NCBI GenBank assembly: GCA_039935955.1
Contig: JBDTJH010000210.1
Coordinates: 2,799-66,798, forward strand
Source of the DNA: Gemmatimonadaceae bacterium
GTDB taxonomy: Bacteria > Gemmatimonadota > Gemmatimonadetes > Gemmatimonadales > Gemmatimonadaceae
DNA length: 64,000 bases
Direction of reading: 5' to 3'
Numbering within the stretch: the stretch's first letter is position 1; every line of letters begins with the position of its first letter. Shown piece by piece: positions 15,964-25,125 of this stretch. The position numbers and the translations under genes are program-made. Under the pieces are notes generated by a model. That model saw only the letters and a list, made by a program, of their open reading frames with translations, had not been told where the DNA came from and ran no database searches.

Positions 15964-17388
15964 CTGGTCTCGGGCATCGCGTGGACGGGGGGAACGAAGT
16001 GGGCGACCCAGCTTCTGAGCTGGGCGGCCACTCTCGTGGTGGCGCGCATCCTTTCCCCGTCCGACTATGGGCTCATGGGAATGGCCGCCGTCTACCTCGG
16101 CCTCGTGACCCTGGTGAATGAGTTCGGGCTCACGGCCGCGATCCTGCGGCATCGCGAGCTGACCGAGGAACAGATCGCGCGCGTGGGCGGCTTCAGCGTG
16201 CTGGTTGGCCTCGTGATCGCCGCGATCTCCGTGTCGGTTTCGCCGCTCATCGCGCGATTCTATGGTGAGCCTGCGGTCGCGACGATCATCTCCGTGTTGA
16301 GCCTGAACTTCGTCTTCGGCTCGCTCGGCGTTCTCCCGCGGTCGCTGCTGGCGCGCGATCTCGCGTATCCGCGGCTCGCGATGATCGATGGGATCACGAA
16401 CCTCGCGCAGATGTTGACGATGCTCGCGTTTGCGATCGGCGGCTATCGCTACATGGCGCTGGTGTTCGGCAGTCTCGTCGGCAGCGCGTGTGGCGCGCTG
16501 CTCGCGCTCTGGTGGCGGCCGCACAAGCTCGCATGGCCGTCGTCGTTCGACACGATCGGCGGCGCACTGCACGTCGGGTGGCATATCGTGGTAGGGCGGC
16601 TCGCGTGGTACACGTACAACACCGCGGACTTCGCTGTCGTCGGGCGAGTGCTTGGCAAGCAGTCGCTGGGGGCGTACACGCTTGGCTGGGAGATCGCGAC
16701 GATGCCGGTCGAGCGTATCAGCTCGCTCGTGTCGAGTGTGACGCCCGGAATTTTCTCGGCGGTGCAGCACGACATCGCGGCGCTGCGGCGCTATTTTCTC
16801 GGTGTCGTCGAGGGGCTCGCGTTCATCACGCTGCCGGCGGCGGCGGGGCTCGCGCTCATCGCGGGTGAGTTCGTTCCGGTGGTGCTTGGGCAGCAGTGGC
16901 TTGGCGCGATCGTCCCGCTGCGGCTGCTCGCGTTGTATGGTGGCGTGCGGTCGATCGACACCGTGACGCCGCAGGTGCTCATCTACACCGGGAATTCGCG
17001 GCAGAGTATGTGGTAGTCGGTGATCGCCGCGTGCGTTATGCCGGTGCTGTTCGTGGTTGGAACGAAATGGGGCGTCGGTGGCGTGGCCGCGGTGTGGATC
17101 GTCGCGTATCCGATCGTCGTCGCGCCGCAGTATCGACTCGCCTTTCGTGTGCTCGAGATGCCGGCCGGCGCATATTTCAGGACGCTCTGGCCGGCCGTGA
17201 GCTCGACAGCGATCATGGCACTGGCGGTCGGCATCGTGCAGGCTACGCTCCCTCCTACGCTGGCTCCGGTGGCTCGCTTGGTGATCGAAGTGGTCGTTGG
17301 CATAGCGGCGTACGGCGGGATGATCGCGTGGCGTCATCGGGCGCGCGCGCGCGCGTTCGTCTCGATCGTGCGGGAGCACGCGCTGTGA
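15964..17388 (+). pseudogene. wzx: Wzx-type (MOP superfamily) polysaccharide flippase interrupted by an in-frame TAG at 17014-17016
   Basis: ORF 16036-17016 and ORF 17020-17388 are in the same frame and together form one roughly 470-aa multi-TM flippase. The N-terminus reads SLVSGIAWTGGTKWATQLLSWAATLVVARILSPSDYG. The stop aligns with R of the intact paralog, as W*S versus WRS. There is no ATG, GTG or TTG in frame between the upstream stop (15829-15831) and 16036. Possible starts are CTG at 15964, or ATG at 15890 in another frame, which would imply a frameshift. Confidence 0.75.
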
Positions 17389-18830
17389 GCACTGCCGGGA
17401 GCGCGGCGCCATTCTGGGAGAAGGCTGGATCGCCAGCGCAGGATGCACATCGGCTGCTCGTGATCAGCTACCACTTTCCGCCCGACACGACCATCGGGGC
17501 GCGTCGTTGGGAGAAGCTCGCGAATGCTGTGACGGAGCGTGGATGGGGGCTCGACGTCATCACCTGCGCGCCGACGTCACCGGTGGGCGCGAAGCTCGAC
17601 TCGCTTCCGGCTGGGGTGCGCGTGTATGGTATCGCGGATCCGGAGCTGATCTCGGAGCGCATCGAGCACGTGCTCTGGCGCATATACCGCACGGTGTGGC
17701 CGAAAAGGAAAGCTGAGGCGAGTGCACGCGCGGCAGGCGGGGGCCCTGCGCACGTTGTGCGCGAGCGACCGGAGTCGCTCGACCGTTCGGAGATTCGCGG
17801 CAGCGCTCGCACGCCGCGCGAAGTAATGCGCACCTATTGGGCATGGCTCGAGCTCACGCACGGAATGCGCTGGGCGCACGCTGCCGCAGCGCTCGCGCAG
17901 CGTACTATCGTGAAGGGGGTGCATGACGCCGTGATCATATCGGCGCCGCCGCACATGAGCCACGAGGCAGGCAGGCTCGTATCGCTCGCAACCGGGCTGC
18001 CGTTCGTGATGGATATGCGCGATCCGTGGAGCCTTCAGCCATGGCTGCGGGAGAGTGTCGCAAGTCCACTCTGGTACAAACGTGCCAAAGAGTGTGAGCG
18101 CGCGTGTGTCGAGCAGGCGAAGTTGATCGTGGCGAATACGGAGCCTGCTCGTATCGCACTCGCGGATGCGTATCCGGACGCGCGCGACAGGATCATCACG
18201 GTGATGAACGGATCGGACGATGATCCGCTTCCGCCGCACCGTCACACCGATCGCTTCACCATCGGCTATGCGGGAACCATCTATCTCGATCGCGATCCGC
18301 TGCTGCTCTTTCGCGCCGCGGCGGAGGTGATCAGGGCTGAATCGCTCTCCGCTGCGCAATTCGGCATCGACATACTCGGGCGCCTCGCGGCCGAGGAGCA
18401 TCTACCGCTATTCGCAATGGCGACGCGCGAAGGAATCGCGGACTACGTGACGGTCGAGCCGCCGCGGCCGCAGCAGGCTGCCTTCGAGTTTCTCGCCGGC
18501 GCATCGATGCTCGTGATCTTTCCCGGCAGTAACTCACTCGCGATTCCCGCTAAGGTATTCGAGTACATCCGCTTCGATTCGTGGCTCCTGACGATCGCAG
18601 AGCCGCAGAGTGCGATAGCGCAACTGCTGCGCGGCTCGACCGCGGATGTCGTGGCGCCGGAGGTCGATGCCATCGCCGCCGCGATCACGGCGCGCTACCG
18701 TGACCATCGAGCCGGCGTGCGACCCACGCGGGTCGCGCGCGACGACCGCTACAGCCGCCAGGCGCAGGCGCGGGTGTTGCTCGATGCGGTCGCGAAGCTC
18801 GTTCCGGCGCCGGCGATGAAGACTACGTGA
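17385..18830 (+). CDS. GT-B glycosyltransferase (GT4-like, WcaI/WbuB-like)
   Basis: The GTG start overlaps the wzx stop as GTGA. The N-terminus reads LLVISYHFPPDTTIGARRWEKLA, and VMDMRDPW is also present. The C-terminal Rossmann half contains PAKVFEYI. The upstream part of the 644-aa ORF overlaps wzx and is rejected. Confidence 0.75.
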   Translation: MSTAGSAAPFWEKAGSPAQDAHRLLVISYHFPPDTTIGARRWEKLANAVTERGWGLDVITCAPTSPVGAKLDSLPAGVRVYGIADPELISERIEHVLWRIYRTVWPKRKAEASARAAGGGPAHVVRERPESLDRSEIRGSARTPREVMRTYWAWLELTHGMRWAHAAAALAQRTIVKGVHDAVIISAPPHMSHEAGRLVSLATGLPFVMDMRDPWSLQPWLRESVASPLWYKRAKECERACVEQAKLIVANTEPARIALADAYPDARDRIITVMNGSDDDPLPPHRHTDRFTIGYAGTIYLDRDPLLLFRAAAEVIRAESLSAAQFGIDILGRLAAEEHLPLFAMATREGIADYVTVEPPRPQQAAFEFLAGASMLVIFPGSNSLAIPAKVFEYIRFDSWLLTIAEPQSAIAQLLRGSTADVVAPEVDAIAAAITARYRDHRAGVRPTRVARDDRYSRQAQARVLLDAVAKLVPAPAMKTT

Positions 18831-19944
18831 GCAGGAGACCGCGGTAGAGTGAGTCGTAGCGATCGGCCATCGTGGCGATCGCGTAGTCGCGCTGAGCGCG
18901 CAGTCGGCCGGCGTCGCCCAGCCGGCGGCGCGTGGCGGCGCTGTCGATCAGGCGCTCGAGCGCGTTGGACAGTGCACGCGCGTCGGACGGCGGTACGAGC
19001 AATGCCTCGACATCGTTGGTGACGACCTCCGGGATTCCGCCGACGCGCGAGACCACTACGGGCAGCCCGAACGACATCGCTTCCACGAGTGCGAGCGGCA
19101 ATCCCTCCGACAGCGACGGCATCGCGAAGATATCTCCCGCCGCGAGGATGTCGGGGATGTCGTCGCGGAAGCCGAGGATGTGCACGCGCGCGTCGAGCCC
19201 CGCGGCGGCGGACTGCGCGCGGAGCCGCACCTCCTCTTCGCCCCGCCCCGCGATGGCGAGCTGCCACCCCGCGCGATCGGCGAGCATCGACAGCGCCTCA
19301 ATCAGAACGGCGTGTCCCTTCACCGGATACAGATTGCCGACCGCGACGATCAGCAGATCGTCATCCGGAATCCCGAGCTCTCGGCGGATGCGATCGCGAA
19401 CGCCAGCGCGCTGTGGGATGCCGTTCGGCACTACGACGACTTTCTCGCGCGGGATATTGAGCGCCTGAGCGAGCGTGTTGGCGGTGGCGACGGAGACGCC
19501 CACCAGCGCGTCGCTGCGTCGCGAGGCCCAACGCAGGGCGGCGCGGCGCCGCCACGCGGAAGCGTAGTAGAGGCCGCCGTGCATCGTGATCACGTGTCGC
19601 GCGCCCGCGCGCCGGGCGGCGGCGGCACCGTAGATCGCCATCGTGAACTCGTGACTGTGGACGACGTCGGCGCGGAAGTCGCGCAGGATCGTGGTGAGCG
19701 CGCGCACCGCGGCGAAGTCGACGGGGCTGTCGATCGCGAACGTCGTCGGCTTGAATCCCGCCGCCTCGAAGCGCTCGCCGAGCCATCCGGTGCCGTTGGC
19801 GAGATTCACGGGAAGTACTTCGTGCCCGCGCGAGCGCAGCTCCGTCGCCAGGTCGAGCATCATCAGCTCGGCTCCGCCGGGTCCGTCGCACTCGATCATG
19901 AGCGCGATGCGGAGCGGCACGTCGCGAATCGCGGTGCTCGTCAT
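18823..19944 (-). CDS. Family-4 (GT-B) glycosyltransferase
   Basis: The start is MTSTAIRDVPLRIALMIE (ATG 19944), which overlaps the upstream stop as ATGA. Motifs are GPGGAELMMLDLA and PSLSEGLPLALVEAMSFGLPVVVSRVGGIPEVV. Confidence 0.88.
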   Translation of the reverse strand: MTSTAIRDVPLRIALMIECDGPGGAELMMLDLATELRSRGHEVLPVNLANGTGWLGERFEAAGFKPTTFAIDSPVDFAAVRALTTILRDFRADVVHSHEFTMAIYGAAAARRAGARHVITMHGGLYYASAWRRRAALRWASRRSDALVGVSVATANTLAQALNIPREKVVVVPNGIPQRAGVRDRIRRELGIPDDDLLIVAVGNLYPVKGHAVLIEALSMLADRAGWQLAIAGRGEEEVRLRAQSAAAGLDARVHILGFRDDIPDILAAGDIFAMPSLSEGLPLALVEAMSFGLPVVVSRVGGIPEVVTNDVEALLVPPSDARALSNALERLIDSAATRRRLGDAGRLRAQRDYAIATMADRYDSLYRGLLLT

Positions 19945-21131
19945 CGTCGGCGAAACCAGTCGAGCGTCTCGCGGATGAATGGGCGCACGTCGCGCGTGCG
20001 GAAGACATCGCTGCGGTTGTGCGGATGCATCAGCGAAAAGAACTCGAGGGTCGCGCGCGCGCGCGATGGCGCGTCGGAAGGAAGGGCGAGACTCGCGTCG
20101 CTCCCCCGCCAGCGCGCGAGGAGCTGGTCGACGTCGCCCCACCACCACCGGATGCGCGCGCCACGACGATAGCTCGTCACCGACTGTATCGGGTCCCCGG
20201 ACGCCGCCGCGATGAGCAGCGCCGGAAAATCGACTCCCGCGTCGATCGCAAGCTGCAGCGAGCCCCAGAAGCGTCCGTTAACCTCCATCAGATACGGCAC
20301 CCCGGTGCGCGCGTCGAGCTTATACTCGACCATCGCGACGCCATTCCACCCCATGCGCTCGAGCAGGAGCCGCGACTGCTCTGCGAGCTCGGGATCGGCG
20401 GCGATGCTCTCCGAGTAGACGCTCACGCCGCCCGACGGCGGCTTTTCGCGCAGACGCCGGTGCGCGAACGTCGCGCGCACGACGCCATCCCACACGAGGA
20501 GAAAGACCCCCGTGCCCGGCCCGACGATCCGCTGCTGGATGAGCAGCGGGAATGCCGCGTCGTCGAGCGATTCGACCATCGGACGCAGTGACGCCGCGTC
20601 GGCCACGTGTATCACGCCGAGCGCGATGCGCTTGCCAGCGTGCTCGCCCACGGAGCGCGAGGGCTTGAGGACCACGGGATAGTCGAGCAGCGTCGGATCC
20701 ATCGCGCGCAGATCATCCTTCGAATTGAGCACCACCTGCCGCGGCGTTGCGATCCCGAGCTCGCGCGCGATCGCGAGCACAGCGCTCTTGTCCATGATCG
20801 CGCGCACGACGCGCTCGTCGGGAAACGGGATGGCGGCACCGAGCGTCGCGCGCTCGGGGAGCAGCGCGAGCAGCGAGGCTTCGGTGATCGGGACGAGCAT
20901 CTCGATACGCCATCGGTCCACGAGCAGCGTCACTTCCGTTACAAAGTCCGCGGGTGCCACCAGTGGATCGGGAACCGCGGACTCCGCGAACGAAAAGCGC
21001 GACGACCCGGCGAGCGACGGCACACGCGCCGCACACACGAACACCGTATGCCCCGCCCTGCCCAGCGAGCGCACGACGGCGAGCGCGCTCCGCTGCGTGC
21101 CGTCGGTGACGAGGATGCGGCGCGGCTTCAT
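19941..21131 (-). CDS. ATP-grasp domain protein (carboxylate-amine ligase-like)
   Basis: The start is MKPRRILVTDG (ATG 21131, ATGA overlap). ATP-grasp features are YPVVLKPSRS, LLIQQRIVGPG, GVAMVEYK and YLMEVNGRFWGS. Confidence 0.8.
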   Translation of the reverse strand: MKPRRILVTDGTQRSALAVVRSLGRAGHTVFVCAARVPSLAGSSRFSFAESAVPDPLVAPADFVTEVTLLVDRWRIEMLVPITEASLLALLPERATLGAAIPFPDERVVRAIMDKSAVLAIARELGIATPRQVVLNSKDDLRAMDPTLLDYPVVLKPSRSVGEHAGKRIALGVIHVADAASLRPMVESLDDAAFPLLIQQRIVGPGTGVFLLVWDGVVRATFAHRRLREKPPSGGVSVYSESIAADPELAEQSRLLLERMGWNGVAMVEYKLDARTGVPYLMEVNGRFWGSLQLAIDAGVDFPALLIAAASGDPIQSVTSYRRGARIRWWWGDVDQLLARWRGSDASLALPSDAPSRARATLEFFSLMHPHNRSDVFRTRDVRPFIRETLDWFRRR

Positions 21132-22045
21132 CGCAGTCGTGCGCCGGCGCAGCGGAGCGCGAAGCCCGCGGCCGAGAGGCCGGACGGCACGTCGAGACGC
21201 GGAATTGCGAATGGATTGCTCGCGCCGCGTGAGATCCATCCACCTTCGATACGCAGACCTGCCGTGTATCCCGCAGCCGCCGCCACGCGCTCGACGTCGG
21301 GCGAGGAGAGTCCGTACGGATACGAGATCGCGGGAAGCACGTTGGAGAATCTCGCGCGCAGCCACGAAAGGGGTCTCTCGAGCTCCGCGCGCAGCTCGTC
21401 GCCCGCGAGGCGCGCGAGATTCGGATGACGGTGTGTGTGCGAGCCCATCGTGATTCCCTTCACGGCTGCAGCGGCAACGAGGTCGCGCTCGCTCGCGCCG
21501 CGCGCGTGCGACGGAGGCGCGTTGACGACGGCGAGATGCTCGCGCGCGGCGAGCTCGCGCACGCGCCCATCGAGCCCCGCGCACGCCGCGAGCGCGCGCG
21601 CCCGAAGCTCGGCTGTGGGCGCGCTCGCGCCGGGCGCCGTCAGCGCATCCCACCAGAAGTCGCCGCCGTTCACGAACGCCGTCGCGACGAAGATCGTCGC
21701 GGGAAGTCCTCGCGCCGCGAGCTCGGCGACGCCGGCGGTCACCGCACCCTCATATGCATCGTCGAAGGTGACGACGGCCGCAGGGCGATCGCCCGCGTGT
21801 CCTGTGAGCGCGCGCTCGAGTGGAATCACGTCGTGCGTGCGCATCAACTCATCGAGCTGCTCGGCGAAGCGCGACTGAGTGAGATGCAGCGAGCGGTCGC
21901 CGGCGGCGCCCTGGCCAGTCGGCACGATGTTGTGATACGCGAGCACGAGCACCTCGCCTCGCCGGCGCGCGCGCATCACGCGTGGAAGGCCGCTCCACAA
22001 TGCGCCGTGCTCGATCGTGCTCTTCACGAGACCGCGGAGATTCAT
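21128..22045 (-). CDS. Polysaccharide deacetylase (NodB/CE4 family)
   Basis: The start is MNLRGLVKS (ATG 22045). Motifs are VLAYHNI, VVTFDDAYEG, ATIFV and GSHTHRHPNL. Confidence 0.85.
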   Translation of the reverse strand: MNLRGLVKSTIEHGALWSGLPRVMRARRRGEVLVLAYHNIVPTGQGAAGDRSLHLTQSRFAEQLDELMRTHDVIPLERALTGHAGDRPAAVVTFDDAYEGAVTAGVAELAARGLPATIFVATAFVNGGDFWWDALTAPGASAPTAELRARALAACAGLDGRVRELAAREHLAVVNAPPSHARGASERDLVAAAAVKGITMGSHTHRHPNLARLAGDELRAELERPLSWLRARFSNVLPAISYPYGLSSPDVERVAAAAGYTAGLRIEGGWISRGASNPFAIPRLDVPSGLSAAGFALRCAGARLR

Positions 22046-22064
22046 GTCGTGCGCGAGCGGGCGA

Positions 22065-23504
22065 TCAGCGCCGCGCGTCCGCGCCCTGGATGGTCGCTTC
22101 GATCGCGTTGCGCACCGCACCCAGGTCCGCCTCCGCCGGCGCCGTGCGAGGGGCGAGCCGCACGTTGATCTGCGGCTTCGGCGGCGGCCCGCTCATGGCG
22201 CGCATGCGCACGAGCTTGACCAACCCCACCGAAAGCGCGAGCAGAAAATACAGATACGCGAAGTACTCCGCGGACACGAAGATCCCAGAGATCGCGAATC
22301 CGACGATTGTCGCGATCAGCATCTGCGCGAGCGAGATCTCCCGCGTCGACACCCATCTTTTGAACTTTCCCCGCTTCGAGATACGGGACAGCGACACACC
22401 GGTCACTATAAGAATGGCGACGAACACCGCGAGCCCCGGAATTCCCAGCTCCGCGCCTGTCTCGAGAAACGAGTTGTGCGCGACCGACCACTTGAACCCG
22501 GCTCCCTGCGCTTGAAGACTCTGGGCGAGATCCGATCCTCCCTCTGCCATGGGATACGCCGCGACTCCGACACCGACGACGGGGTTGTGCATCATGTAGC
22601 CCATGCCGCGCTTCCACACCTCGACGCGCCCCTCGTTCGACGTGTAGTTGTAGTCGGTGGTGGGATGCAGAATCGTCGACATCATCTCCCAGTACTTGTC
22701 GCTCGCGAAACCGAAGAAGAGCGCGACGCCCGCGACCGTGATGAGCAGTCGCGTGCGACTCGGGATGGCGCGATAGAAGAGCAGGATATACACCATGATG
22801 CCGATCAAGCCGATGAATCCGCCGCGCGAGCCGCTCTTCACCATCGCGGTGAGAAACATTCCGAGCGCGACCAGCGCCGTAATCCGTCGAGATGCTTTCT
22901 GCCCTTTGCCGAGAAAATAGAAGGCGAATGGAATCGTGCAGACCATCACGAGTGCGAAGTCGTTGGCGTCGTAGTAAATGAGTGAGCCGAGTCGTCCGTC
23001 GCCGCCCACGTGAAAGAAGAGCGCGACGACGATCGCAAAGGCGAGCGCGCCGTAGAGATTCATCAGCGCGTACCATTCGATATCGCGGATCGTGCGCACG
23101 GTCGACGCGACGAGGATGTAGAAGACGACGTCGGGAACGTAACTCTTCAGTACGAACTCGGCGCTGTGCCCAAACCAGAGACTGAACGGAACGCCAATGA
23201 TCATGAGGACCAAGAGCGCGAATATCAGTTGCGATGTGCGCTGCGAGGTGACCGCACGGATGCGGCGCATAGGATGCTTGACGCCGGCGAAGATGAGCAC
23301 CGCCGCGATGAGCGCGATGAGCGCGATCTGGAGCTTTCCCAGGATCGGGAAAGCGTCCTGGATTCGCCACACGTAAGTGAAGATCATGAGCGCGACGGCC
23401 CGCATCAGGCGGTCCGGGCGCGGCTCGGCGTTCGCCGGAGACGTCGAGACGATCGGATTTCTTCCGGTCGGTTGACGCTGGAAAGTCATGGCAGGTATGG
23501 ACAT
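22065..23504 (-). CDS. O-antigen ligase / Wzy-like polymerase family membrane protein
   Basis: It has about 10-12 TM helices. The Wzy_C-type signature is KSGSRGGFIGLIGIMVYILLF, followed by a large loop. The start is uncertain. The sigma-54-like site at 23518-23533 would favour an internal start such as MRAVALMI (23405). Confidence 0.8.
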   Translation of the reverse strand: MSIPAMTFQRQPTGRNPIVSTSPANAEPRPDRLMRAVALMIFTYVWRIQDAFPILGKLQIALIALIAAVLIFAGVKHPMRRIRAVTSQRTSQLIFALLVLMIIGVPFSLWFGHSAEFVLKSYVPDVVFYILVASTVRTIRDIEWYALMNLYGALAFAIVVALFFHVGGDGRLGSLIYYDANDFALVMVCTIPFAFYFLGKGQKASRRITALVALGMFLTAMVKSGSRGGFIGLIGIMVYILLFYRAIPSRTRLLITVAGVALFFGFASDKYWEMMSTILHPTTDYNYTSNEGRVEVWKRGMGYMMHNPVVGVGVAAYPMAEGGSDLAQSLQAQGAGFKWSVAHNSFLETGAELGIPGLAVFVAILIVTGVSLSRISKRGKFKRWVSTREISLAQMLIATIVGFAISGIFVSAEYFAYLYFLLALSVGLVKLVRMRAMSGPPPKPQINVRLAPRTAPAEADLGAVRNAIEATIQGADARR

Positions 23505-23517
23505 CGGTGGTCATGCC

Positions 23518-23533
23518 AGCGAATAGGGTGCCA
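23518..23533 (-). promoter_or_regulatory. Candidate sigma-54 -24/-12 promoter for the Wzy-like/deacetylase/ATP-grasp/GT4 operon
   Basis: The minus strand reads TGGCACcctatTCGCT. It has an exact TGGCAC, GG-N10-GC spacing and one mismatch to TTGC. It shares TGGCACCCTA with the site at 27096-27111. Confidence 0.5.
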
Positions 23534-23960
23534 CTATCTGGCGGTCGATGAACGTCACGAATGCGCTGCTTGTTGCGGGAGAGCCACACTCCCCACGATC
23601 AACACGTCGCAGTCCGAGAAATCTCGGGAAGCCGTATAGCCCCCTTCTGACACGCCCCGCGGGCCGATATCAGTCAAGTGGGACGAGCTTCCCTCCAATT
23701 CGTGAACGCCGAGCCGGCGGGGCGAGCGCGGTGATCGAAAGCTAAGGATCAATCGGCTCGCGCGCCCGCGTTTGGATTGGCGCCGCCGACCCTGCTTGCC
23801 TGGAGGACGATCTTTGCCCAGGCGTTTCGAAGCCCAAATCGTCGGTATCGCTGCGCCGACATTGCCATCGTCGTTGAGCGGCATGCACCGCTGGGAAGCG
23901 AGCACCGTGATCGACACTGCCGCGTCGAACGACTCAACCTTATACGGGCATCATAATTCG

Positions 23961-25118
23961 TCAACCCAGCCAGCTGGTCAGGTCGCGAAGATCATCGTCG
24001 TTCACCATCGCATGCGTCGGAAGCGTGACGAGCGTGCGCTGCAGCTCTCGCGCGCCCGAGAGTGTCTCGCCGCCGCTGAGCGATGCTTGCAGCTCGACGA
24101 GCTCGGCAATTGTGTTCGGATAGCCGCGCACGATGCCGAGATCGCTACGCTCCATTCGCGCGTCGGCGACGCGCACCGGAAAGCGCAGATAGCCGGGCAC
24201 GCTGCCGGGAATGGCGCGGATCGTCCGCACGCGGCGCGAGCGTGCGGCCATCTGGTCGAGCTCCTCGGCGTGCGTGCGGCGCACCGCGAGATCCGCATTC
24301 GCGCGCGCGAGCGCCGCGCGCACGAGCGACGCGGAGACGCCGGTGATCCCGCGCGGCTCGTGCGCGGGATGGTAGATCGTCTCGCCCAGGTGCAGCGCGG
24401 GGATCGCCGACGGGATCGCGTACAGAGACGGACGTCCGAGGATCCACTGCGCCTTCGTCAGCGCGAGCGTGCGCAGCCCGCTCCGTGACGGCTCGAGTCT
24501 CGCGGCTCCTGCTGCAATCGCCTCCGAATAGCGCGCTCCCATTCCGAGCAGCGCGCCCCCACCTCCCCCCGTCATCCCCTTCCCTCGGCCGAAGCTCAAC
24601 ACGGTGAGCGGGCCGAACGCGCCGAGCCGCGTCTCCAGCAACTTGCCCCACGCGCCCTGCGCCGCATCCTCGATCACGGTAACGCCGTGCGCGGCCGCGA
24701 GCGCAGCGACGCCGGGCACATTCGCCGGATAGCCAAAGAGATGCGCGACGACGATCGTGTCGATGCCTTCGCCGAGCACGCGCGACACGGACTCGAGATC
24801 CGGAGAGAGGGTGACGGGATCGACATCGTAGAGTCGCACGCGGAGCTTCGCGAAGATCGCGGCCGCGCCGATGTCGACGCACGCGTACGCCGGAAGAGCG
24901 ACGGTTCCGCCTTCGCGCGTGGCGATTCGTAGCGCCAGGACGAGCGCGGAGGTGCCGCAGTCGACGAGCGCGACGTCGCTCGCGCCGAATGCCCGCTTGA
25001 GCTCCGTGCCCAACGCGTCGCGGTCGCGCGCGCCGCCGCCGAGCGCGGGTCCGATCGCATCGATGAGCGAGCGTGCGGTGATCGTCGAGCTCACCGGAAG
25101 CTGGTGGCGGAAGCTCAC
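23961..25118 (-). CDS. DegT/DnrJ/EryC1/StrS-family PLP-dependent sugar aminotransferase
   Basis: Motifs are DCGTSALVLAL, VVAHLFGYPA and VIEDAAQG. The Schiff-base lysine context is LSFGRGKGMTGGGGG. Confidence 0.85.
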   Translation of the reverse strand: MSFRHQLPVSSTITARSLIDAIGPALGGGARDRDALGTELKRAFGASDVALVDCGTSALVLALRIATREGGTVALPAYACVDIGAAAIFAKLRVRLYDVDPVTLSPDLESVSRVLGEGIDTIVVAHLFGYPANVPGVAALAAAHGVTVIEDAAQGAWGKLLETRLGAFGPLTVLSFGRGKGMTGGGGGALLGMGARYSEAIAAGAARLEPSRSGLRTLALTKAQWILGRPSLYAIPSAIPALHLGETIYHPAHEPRGITGVSASLVRAALARANADLAVRRTHAEELDQMAARSRRVRTIRAIPGSVPGYLRFPVRVADARMERSDLGIVRGYPNTIAELVELQASLSGGETLSGARELQRTLVTLPTHAMVNDDDLRDLTSWLG

Positions 25119-25125
25119 GTCCGGA

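Noticed and set aside
17014-17016. The TAG read as pyrrolysine or as programmed read-through.
   Set aside because: No pyl genes or recoding signals are evident, and pyrrolysine use would be unexpected in this kind of bacterium. A nonsense mutation or a sequencing error is the simpler explanation.
17341-17355. Alternating (GC)n tract of 15 nt, with a similar 14-nt tract at 20052-20065, as phase-variation slippage sites.
   Set aside because: The tracts encode Arg-Ala repeats in a roughly 70% GC genome. They are short for dinucleotide slippage, and no associated frameshift is seen at these positions.
15763-17448. 561-aa minus-strand ORF antisense to the wzx gene.
   Set aside because: It is extremely Arg/His/Asp-rich with no recognisable motif. 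It lies fully antisense to a convincing multi-TM flippase frame. Long stop-free antisense frames are typical of high-GC DNA.
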